Source: Eubacteriales bacterium (GTDB lineage Bacteria; Bacillota; Clostridia; Oscillospirales; CAG-272). Taken from it: a stretch of DNA of 64,000 nucleotides. Made by a program: the position numbers and the translations under genes. The stretch spans positions 10,871 to 74,870 of the forward strand of contig JAZSLM010000019.1 of assembly GCA_045535375.1 (NCBI GenBank), in the 5' to 3' direction. Shown one piece after another: positions 57,054 through 64,000 of the stretch. The stretch's first letter is position 1. Every line of letters starts with the position of its first letter. The notes beneath the pieces are model-generated. The model was not told the origin of the DNA, made no database searches, and saw only the letters and a program-made list of their open reading frames with translations.

Positions 57054-58022
57054 ATGAGAAATTATTTCAAAAATTCCGCCAACACGGTTCCGCTGCTCGT
57101 TCTTGCGATCTTTTTTCTGCTTTATATCAGCAGGCTGATCGACACCGCGCTTCTGACGCCCGAAAACGAGTATGCCGCCGTTATTGTGCTCCAGCTCGTG
57201 ATCTTTCTGGTCCCCGCCGCCTTTTATATTCGTGCGCTCGGGCTTGATTTCACAAGGTTTCGCATTTCGATATTCGGTCCCGGTCAGCTTCTGCTCTTGA
57301 TCTCGGGGCTCGTTGCCCTCACCTCGGGCACGATACTTATCGATCACTACACCCTCGGCGACTCGGCGTTTGCGCAGAATTATGACCTTTGGGGCGTCTT
57401 TATCTCGAAAAACGAAGGCACCGCCGCGAGCTCGATCTATCTCATTCTCGCGTATGCCGCGCTGCCGGCGCTCTGCGAGGAATTCGTTTTCCGCGGACTT
57501 CTGATATCCGAGTACGAAAAGAGAAGCTCGACCTCCGCCGTTCTGCTCAGCTCGATCTTTTTCGCACTTCTGCATTTTGATATCGAGCGTTTTCCCACCT
57601 ATTTCTTCGCGGGACTCTTGCTTTCGCTGATCTTGTATGCCTCGCGCTCGCTCCTTGCCGTGATGGTGGTGCATTTCTGCCACAACATGATCGGCATTTT
57701 CGGCAGACCCTATATGCAGACCCTTGCCGAGCTCGGCGGCGCTGAACTCTTTATTACTCTGCTTACCGCAACCTTTCTGCTCTCTATCGGTATATTTACC
57801 GCGGAAGCGGCAAGACTTTATAAAAATTACGCCCGCTTTGATCTTTCGTCGGATTACAGAACGATCGATCCACCCTACCCCCCCGCAGATGCCGAGTCAT
57901 CGCCGCTTGACGAATTCGCGGCGAAGCATCCCCGTGTAGCCGCAACGCTCGGCTCGTTCTTCTCGTTCCCCGCGCTCGTTTGCTATATCGCGTATACCGC
58001 GGCGGTGTTTATCGATCTCTGA
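57054..58022 (+). CDS. CPBP-family intramembrane metalloprotease (CAAX protease-like)
   Basis: EEFVFRGLL, FALLH and HFCHN motifs in a polytopic membrane protein. Confidence 0.75.
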   Translation: MRNYFKNSANTVPLLVLAIFFLLYISRLIDTALLTPENEYAAVIVLQLVIFLVPAAFYIRALGLDFTRFRISIFGPGQLLLLISGLVALTSGTILIDHYTLGDSAFAQNYDLWGVFISKNEGTAASSIYLILAYAALPALCEEFVFRGLLISEYEKRSSTSAVLLSSIFFALLHFDIERFPTYFFAGLLLSLILYASRSLLAVMVVHFCHNMIGIFGRPYMQTLAELGGAELFITLLTATFLLSIGIFTAEAARLYKNYARFDLSSDYRTIDPPYPPADAESSPLDEFAAKHPRVAATLGSFFSFPALVCYIAYTAAVFIDL

Positions 58023-58035
58023 GAAAGGAATTTCA

Positions 58036-59292
58036 ATGGAAAAAGAAAAGAATACACAAAAAAAGCCGAAAAAGCCGAGTAGGAGGGAGCTGATCGGCGG
58101 TTATACCCGCGCGCAGTATGCCGCGGCACTCCGCGAGCTTGATCCGGAAGAAAAGGACTTTTTTGACAAGAGCGACTACACGGAAACTCAAAGCACGGTT
58201 TCGGCGGTCATAAAGGCTCTTGTTTATATCGTGGCTATCATAACGGTTTCGATCGCGCTTTCGACCTTCGCACTTTCCTGCGCCAACGATATCTTCGCCT
58301 TCGTCAAGGAGGAAAAGACCGTTGAGGTCGTGATCCCCGATTACGTCACTACGGAGGAGCTTTCCGAGATCCTCGGCGAGGCGGGTGCGATAAACTACCC
58401 CTGGCTTTTCAGATTTTACTGCACGCTGAAAAACGTCGATACGAGCCCCGCGTATAAATTCGTCGGCGGCACTTACACGATCGCCACGAATATGAACTAC
58501 GACACGCTGATGCTCTCCTTCGTTGAAACGCTGACGCTGACAACGGTGCGAATCACCTTCCCCGAGGGCTCGACGGTCGACGAGATCATCGCGCTCTTCG
58601 AGGCAAACGGATGCTCCTCCCGCGAGGAGTTCGTTGAATGCATGACTACCTACGATTTCGGCGCGGAGTACGAGTTTTTGAAGGATATCGACATGACGGG
58701 CAGATATTATCTCCTCGAGGGCTATCTCTACCCCGACACCTATGATTTTTATACCGGACGCAAGCCCGAGTATTATCTTTCCCGAATGCTGGATCAGTTC
58801 GCAAAGGTCTTCCGCCAGTCGAAATTCTTCGATGCCGCGGATGAATCCGAGTACACTCTCGATCAGCTTCTGACCATTGCCTCGATCATCGAGAAGGAGG
58901 CGTATCATCAGAACGACTTCGATATCGTTTCCTCAGTAATTCACAACAGACTCAAGGATCCCGAGAACTTCCCCAAGCTCGAGTGCGACTCGACTGTCGT
59001 TTACGCAATGTCCTGCATCGCGGGCGAGCGAGTAACCGAGATCTCGGGCGAGGATCTGAATCTTGACGATCCTTATAATTCCTATACCAAGGAAGGTCTG
59101 CCCCCCGGCCCGATCTGCAGCCCCAGCTACAACTCGATAGCGTGCGCCTTCGACCCCGCGGAAACCGACAAGGCGTATTACTACTTCGTTTCCGACAAAT
59201 ACGGCGTGATGTATTACGCCACCACCCTCAAGGATCACGAGAAAAACATTGCGGATATAAAAAAGGCGGAAGCCGACGCCGAAAAACAATAA
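58036..59292 (+). CDS. mltG: Endolytic murein transglycosylase MltG (YceG-like)
   Basis: N-terminal TM helix, ASIIEKEA block and YNSYTKEGLPPGPICSP block. Confidence 0.85.
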   Translation: MEKEKNTQKKPKKPSRRELIGGYTRAQYAAALRELDPEEKDFFDKSDYTETQSTVSAVIKALVYIVAIITVSIALSTFALSCANDIFAFVKEEKTVEVVIPDYVTTEELSEILGEAGAINYPWLFRFYCTLKNVDTSPAYKFVGGTYTIATNMNYDTLMLSFVETLTLTTVRITFPEGSTVDEIIALFEANGCSSREEFVECMTTYDFGAEYEFLKDIDMTGRYYLLEGYLYPDTYDFYTGRKPEYYLSRMLDQFAKVFRQSKFFDAADESEYTLDQLLTIASIIEKEAYHQNDFDIVSSVIHNRLKDPENFPKLECDSTVVYAMSCIAGERVTEISGEDLNLDDPYNSYTKEGLPPGPICSPSYNSIACAFDPAETDKAYYYFVSDKYGVMYYATTLKDHEKNIADIKKAEADAEKQ

Positions 59293-59298
59293 AATACC

Positions 59299-59455
59299 CA
59301 ATTGTAAAACTGCGTTTTACAATTGATACGCGCGCTTATTGCCGCCTGCCAAAATTAAGAATTTTGGCGGCTCCCCTCGGCGCGCGGACTCGCTTTGCTC
59401 GTCAGGTAGGTGTTTTTTCGTCGGCAAAGCCGCCCAAAAAACAGATTTTATTATA
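59299..59455 (+). repeat. ~157-nt structured intergenic repeat, copy B
   Basis: Aligns with 3674-3832, with compensatory changes in the first hairpin (CAATTG..CAATTG versus CACTTG..CAAGTG). Confidence 0.7.
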
Positions 59456-59483
59456 ATAAAAAGAATAAAGGAGAATATTGAAA

Positions 59484-60077
59484 ATGATGACGGATAAAGA
59501 AAGATTTATACAGATATTCAAGGAAAAAATTACGAGAGAGGGCTCGGCGGAGCTTCTGAATTACCTTTGCTCCGAGTCCTGCGATTTCTTCACCGCACCC
59601 GCGTCGACCCGCTATCACGGCGCCGAGGTCGGCGGTCTTTGCCGCCACAGCCTCAACGTTTACGACTGTCTGGTCGATATCATGAATCGCAGACGTATGA
59701 AGGAGGAGTACGGGATTCATTACAGCGACGAAAGCATTGCCATCGCCGCGCTTCTGCACGATCTTTGCAAGATCAATTTCTACCGCGTTGACAGCCGAAA
59801 CGTAAAGAAAAACGGCGCGTGGGTCACCGTTCCCTACTATACCATCGAGGATACTCTGCCTTACGGCCACGGCGAAAAGTCGGTCTATATCGCATCGGGC
59901 TTTATGCGCCTGACCCGCGACGAGGCTTTTGCCATCAGATATCACATGGGATTCTCGGGTCCCGAGGATAACGGCACCGTCGGAAAGGCGCTTGAGATGT
60001 TCCCGCTTGCATTTGCCCTTATGGTTGCGGATATGGAAGCCGCATATTTCCTTGAGGGTATGCCCGAGGATAACTGA
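59484..60077 (+). CDS. HD-domain phosphohydrolase
   Basis: RYHGAEVGGLCRHSL and LLHDLCK motifs. ATG 59484 is preferred over TTG 59478. Confidence 0.7.
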   Translation: MMTDKERFIQIFKEKITREGSAELLNYLCSESCDFFTAPASTRYHGAEVGGLCRHSLNVYDCLVDIMNRRRMKEEYGIHYSDESIAIAALLHDLCKINFYRVDSRNVKKNGAWVTVPYYTIEDTLPYGHGEKSVYIASGFMRLTRDEAFAIRYHMGFSGPEDNGTVGKALEMFPLAFALMVADMEAAYFLEGMPEDN

Positions 60078-60078
60078 T

Positions 60079-60744
60079 ATGGCAGAGCGTACCCCCTCGC
60101 TCAGAACGCGCCGCAGACATAAGCTCGAAAAGACGCTGGTCTGGCTGAAATATTGCTCGCCTGCGATACTTACACTCTCCGCGTGGTTCTTCTGCCTTGT
60201 CAAATGCGTCCGTTTCAATGACGGAAAGACGGTGTATAGCTTGCAATCGGTCAATGAAATGGTGCAGGCGGCGATAAAGGGCGTCGGCTCTTTTGATGCG
60301 GCAAAGGACGACAGCTACACGGAGCTTCTCACGAATGCGCTGAAGCCCGCGACGGCGGCATACGTACTCTGCTTCGCCATAGCCGGAGTGCTCGCGCTCT
60401 ACCTTCTCGTCTTTGCGTGCATCATCCTCACGGGTGACCCTATGTCGCCCCACACCAACCGCGCAAAGGTGTGGTTCAAGACCTTTTATCCCGGAAGGTG
60501 GCTTATGCTGATTTCCTTGATTTTGCCTGTATATCCGGCCTTTATGCCCTACGTTATCAGGCATCTGTTTTTCAAGTATTACGTCATGAACGACCTCAGC
60601 GTCATAGCCGCTCGCTTCAATCCCGCCATAGCGGCAAGTGTCCTTTGCGTGCTCTTCCTGGTGCTCTTTTTCGTGGCGATCCCCTTTGAAAAAAGACACC
60701 GAATGGACCCGTTCCGCAGATACGACAAAGAAGAGGACGAATAA
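60079..60744 (+). CDS. Hypothetical membrane protein
   Basis: Four to five hydrophobic helices. The ATG immediately follows the HD gene stop. Confidence 0.55.
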   Translation: MAERTPSLRTRRRHKLEKTLVWLKYCSPAILTLSAWFFCLVKCVRFNDGKTVYSLQSVNEMVQAAIKGVGSFDAAKDDSYTELLTNALKPATAAYVLCFAIAGVLALYLLVFACIILTGDPMSPHTNRAKVWFKTFYPGRWLMLISLILPVYPAFMPYVIRHLFFKYYVMNDLSVIAARFNPAIAASVLCVLFLVLFFVAIPFEKRHRMDPFRRYDKEEDE

Positions 60745-60770
60745 ATATACAATAATTGTTGATAAAACGA

Positions 60771-60807
60771 GAAAAATGCAGGAAGTGTCACCACTTTCTG
60801 CATTTTT
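60771..60807 (+). terminator. Intrinsic terminator candidate
   Basis: TGCAGGAAGTG..CACTTTCTGCA followed by TTTTTT. Confidence 0.5.
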
Positions 60808-60810
60808 TGC

Positions 60811-60839
60811 TTGACAAATCCTATCTTTTGTGATACAAT
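60811..60839 (+). promoter_or_regulatory. Promoter candidate for rny
   Basis: TTGACA-17 nt-TACAAT with an extended TG. Confidence 0.5.
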
Positions 60840-60919
60840 AAAGTGGTATGAGTTTATCCTTATTTATTTAGTATATATCTCATAATTGATTTTGATTTTG
60901 AAAGAAAGCAACAAAGGAG

Positions 60920-62482
60920 GTGCAAAAGAAATTGGAATTGATTCACATTATCATCTGTGTGGCTGTCGGTATCGTGGCTCTCGCTCTCGGAATCGTCATC
61001 GGTATTCTCATCCGCCGTTCCATCGCTGAAAAGAAACTCGGCGTTGCAGAGGAACGCGCAAAGAAGATCGAGTCGGATGCCAAGGTCCAGGCCGAAGCCG
61101 AAGCAAACAAGATGATTCTTGCCGCTCAGAAAGAGATCAATCAGATACGTTCCGAAAACGAAAAGGAAATCAAGGTACGCCGCAGCGAGATCTCCCGTTC
61201 CGAGCGCAGATTGACACAGAAGGAAGAATCCCTCGACAAGAAGACCGAGCAGCTCGAAAAGAAGAACGAGCAGCTTGATAAACGCATCAAGGACAACGAG
61301 ATCGTTCGCGAACAGCTCAATGCGTCGCTCGAGCTCCAGACAAAGGCTCTTGAGCGTATTTCGGGTCTGACCGCCGAGGAGGCAAAGAGAGAGCTTATCG
61401 AAAAGCTCGAAAGCGTTGCAAAATTTGAGTTTGCACAGAGAATGGACGAGCTCGAGGAGCAGTTCAAGGACGAGGCAGACACCAAGGCGCGCAATTACAT
61501 TTCGCTGGCTATTCAAAGATACGCCGCGGATAACGTTTCCGAAGCAACCATCACCAGCGTTTCCCTCCCCGGAGAGGAGATGAAGGGACGAATCATCGGA
61601 CGCGAAGGAAGAAACATTCTTATGCTCGAAAAGCTCACGGGAGTCGATCTCATCATCGACGATACCCCCGAGGCTATCACCCTTTCGGGCTTCGACCCCG
61701 TTCGACGCGAGATCGCGCGACTTGCGCTTGAAAAGCTCATCGCGGACGGCCGCATCCATCCTACCCGCATTGAGGAGATGGTCGAAAAGGCAAAGAGAGA
61801 GGTCGAGGCAGGAGTCAAGCAGGCGGGCGAGCGCGCAACCTTCGAGGTTGGCGTTCACGGACTCAATCCCGAGCTTGTCAAGCTTCTCGGCAGACTCCGC
61901 TACCGTACTTCCTACGGTCAGAACGTGCTCAAGCACTCTGTTGAGGTCGCATTCCTCGCAGGAATCATGGCAGAAGAGCTTGGAGTTGACGCGGCAACCG
62001 CACGTCGCGCAGGTCTTCTCCACGATATCGGAAAAGCATTCCCCCACGACGTCGAGGGTACTCACGTACAGATCGGCGTAAACGCAGCCAAGAAGTATAA
62101 GGAGAGCCGCGAGGTCATCCACGCTATCGAGGCGCATCATAACGACGTTGAACCCAAGACCATCATCGCAGTTCTCGTTCAGGCGGCAGACGCGATCTCC
62201 GCCGCAAGACCCGGCGCACGCCGCGAGGATCTCGAGAACTACACCAAGCGTCTTGAAAAGCTTGAGGAGATCGCGAAGGAATTTAATGGAGTCGAAAAGG
62301 CGTATGCGATCCAGGCAGGCCGCGAGCTCCGCGTAATGGTCAAGCCCGAGGAGGTCGATGACGTTGCAATGAAGGTCATCGCCCGCGATATGGCGCAGAA
62401 GATCAAGGAAGACGTCAAGTACCCCGGACAGATCAAGGTCCACATCATCCGCGAATCCCGCGCGGTAGATTACGCAAAGTAA
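60920..62482 (+). CDS. rny: Ribonuclease Y
   Basis: N-terminal TM helix, coiled coil, KH domain ([11 protein letters not shown]) and HD domain (LLHDIGKA). The exact start is uncertain: TTG at 60932 or 60938 is more plausible than GTG 60920, which abuts the RBS. Confidence 0.9.
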   Translation: MQKKLELIHIIICVAVGIVALALGIVIGILIRRSIAEKKLGVAEERAKKIESDAKVQAEAEANKMILAAQKEINQIRSENEKEIKVRRSEISRSERRLTQKEESLDKKTEQLEKKNEQLDKRIKDNEIVREQLNASLELQTKALERISGLTAEEAKRELIEKLESVAKFEFAQRMDELEEQFKDEADTKARNYISLAIQRYAADNVSEATITSVSLPGEEMKGRIIGREGRNILMLEKLTGVDLIIDDTPEAITLSGFDPVRREIARLALEKLIADGRIHPTRIEEMVEKAKREVEAGVKQAGERATFEVGVHGLNPELVKLLGRLRYRTSYGQNVLKHSVEVAFLAGIMAEELGVDAATARRAGLLHDIGKAFPHDVEGTHVQIGVNAAKKYKESREVIHAIEAHHNDVEPKTIIAVLVQAADAISAARPGARREDLENYTKRLEKLEEIAKEFNGVEKAYAIQAGRELRVMVKPEEVDDVAMKVIARDMAQKIKEDVKYPGQIKVHIIRESRAVDYAK

Positions 62483-62580
62483 ATCTCACAACTTGTTTTA
62501 TCACTTTTTATCAGCCGCAAGGCTTTGAATATATTGATATAAAGTCCTAAAGCATAAAACGCAGAAATGCGATGTGAATA

Positions 62581-62622
62581 AAAAACCAAACCCGTCAGCG
62601 AAATGCTGACGGGTTTGGTTTT
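62581..62622. terminator. Bidirectional terminator between rny and the convergent gene
   Basis: AAAAACCAAACCCGTCAGC-GAAAT-GCTGACGGGTTTGGTTTTT. Confidence 0.6.
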
Positions 62623-62636
62623 TAGTATGAGAAAAT

Positions 62637-64000
62637 TTACTTTGCAGTATTTGTTCGGTATTTTTGAGAAGGACTTTTGGGATGGTCGGGGTTTTCGAGG
62701 ATCAGTTTCTTTTCGTTTATTAAAGGAGTAATATAGGTTCTGATTGCATAGGGGATCGATTTTATGCCTAAAAAATTCGATATTTCCTCGCGTGAGCGAG
62801 GTACCAAACAAAATTCCAAAATATCGCGGGTTTCTATGGCTTTTTTTACGGTTTCTGTGCGTTCGCCGAACAAGGTGACTCTGAAAGAACCTCTTGTATC
62901 TTCGAATTGCGGCATAGGCAAACCTGCTTCGCGCATTTCGCGTCGTATGGTTGGGATACCCGAATACCGGTTTTCTGTAATGCTCAGTGTTTCCAAAGCT
63001 GTTGCCAAAACAGGATTTCTTGTATCGGGTTGGATCTGTCCGAGTTGATCCAGACTGATACGTCCGTAAAGCCCACCCGGATTTGTGACCACTATCCTAT
63101 CGGGGAATATTTGCAGTTGGATCGGCATTCCTTCGGTATGAATGCTGTAATCTCGGTGAACAAGAGCATTTAGCAAAACTTCTCTGATTGCCGTTATAGG
63201 ATAATCCCATACATCGCGACGTTCTCCGGTAGCTTTATCGATTATCGTCTTTCGACGAGTGTTTTTTCGCACAAAACTTAAAGCTTGTGTAAGCATTTCG
63301 CCGATAGAACCTTCGATTCTTGCGTTGTCAATAAAGCGTTCCTCTGTGTTCCCTATCTCGCCGACATTGGTGCCGGGTAATACTGTTGCAATAATGCAAA
63401 GTTGTGGGAAATATGCTTGCGGATATAACCCAAACAAAAGCGTTGCGGTTAACGAATATTGCCCGTTTACCGTTATACTCATAAGCTCCGATATCTGTTC
63501 TTTGTCAAGCCTTGAAAGATTTGGCTTATTATCCGACAGCAACTCGATATATTCGTTTAAGGAACTTTTATTAATGGATTTATCGGTGACTCTGGGAATA
63601 ACGCGGATATCATCCTGGTACTTTTTTCGATATGCTTCGTAGCTGTAGATCTCGTATTCGGTCATAGGCTCGTCGTTGGTTCCCACACGCACGTATGAGC
63701 CCTTTAATCTTCCTTTGCCCGAGTAATAGCAGGGTCTGTCGGATATATCTATAGCGGGGACTTCAATAGAGCAAAAATATTTACCGTTTTTTTCTGCGTA
63801 TGAAAATAGAGGTCGCACCTTTGGGGTCATCGAATCACATTGTTCTGTGATTTTTTGCTGTATATCCTGAATATCGTACACACCGCATTTCTCAAAGTTT
63901 TGTTTTTCATCGATTCCGAAAATTATAATTCCGCCGTCATCGCGATTCGAAAAACTTGAAAGTGTATCATAAAATTTTTCGGGACAGCCTTTTCTGGCGG
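62637..64000 (-). CDS. AlbA_2 (Schlafen-like) plus HATPase_c_4 putative DNA-binding protein (partial, N-terminus beyond the window)
   Basis: The frame stays open to the window edge (..NRDDGGIIIFGIDEKQNFEKCGVYDIQ). C-terminal RNPVLATALETLSITENRYSGIPTIRREM motif and a winged-helix-like tail. Codon usage is more AT-rich than in neighbouring genes. Confidence 0.7.
   Translation of the reverse strand, partial: ARKGCPEKFYDTLSSFSNRDDGGIIIFGIDEKQNFEKCGVYDIQDIQQKITEQCDSMTPKVRPLFSYAEKNGKYFCSIEVPAIDISDRPCYYSGKGRLKGSYVRVGTNDEPMTEYEIYSYEAYRKKYQDDIRVIPRVTDKSINKSSLNEYIELLSDNKPNLSRLDKEQISELMSITVNGQYSLTATLLFGLYPQAYFPQLCIIATVLPGTNVGEIGNTEERFIDNARIEGSIGEMLTQALSFVRKNTRRKTIIDKATGERRDVWDYPITAIREVLLNALVHRDYSIHTEGMPIQLQIFPDRIVVTNPGGLYGRISLDQLGQIQPDTRNPVLATALETLSITENRYSGIPTIRREMREAGLPMPQFEDTRGSFRVTLFGERTETVKKAIETRDILEFCLVPRSREEISNFLGIKSIPYAIRTYITPLINEKKLILENPDHPKSPSQKYRTNTAK

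Overview
This is a chromosomal window from a Gram-positive, Clostridia-like Firmicute. That placement is inferred from gene order (yybS-gdpP-rplI-dnaB, tilS-hpt-ftsH, rimP-nusA-ylxR-L7Ae-infB), SLH domains and AGGAGG ribosome-binding sites. I see no rRNA, tRNA, CRISPR array, transposase or prophage.

The coding content is mostly housekeeping:
- nadE, mrnC, ppiB, ftsH, hpt, tilS, dnaB, rplI, gdpP, the nusA-infB operon, mltG and rny.
- An arginine-biosynthesis region split into three units: argG-argH (+), argF (-) and argC-argJ-argB-argD (-).

Accessory genes include:
- four SGNH/GDSL esterases;
- an ECF sigma/anti-sigma pair;
- a ~1060-aa protein with an N-terminal ECF sigma factor fused to a large C-terminal domain;
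- a HigB/HigA-type toxin-antitoxin pair;
- an SLH/cadherin-like wall protein plus an amidase;
- an unusually short glycyl-radical enzyme with its activase;
- a lipoprotein serpin;
- a BspA-type LRR surface lipoprotein wedged between argD and argF;
- an AlbA_2/HATPase_c_4 protein at the right edge.

The most unusual signal is non-coding. Almost every intergenic spacer is filled with a modular repeat system:
- tandem mini-hairpin arrays with constant 7-9 nt linkers;
- period-7 stop-codon-rich heptamer arrays arranged as inverted pairs;
- several MITE-like elements with perfect terminal inverted repeats;
- a 105-bp near-identical inverted repeat bracketing argH.

Some of these modules run into ORF 3' ends and supply the stop codon. 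Separately, infB carries an in-frame TAG at a conserved Tyr codon.

All calls come from reading the sequence and the ORF translations by eye. No database search was run.
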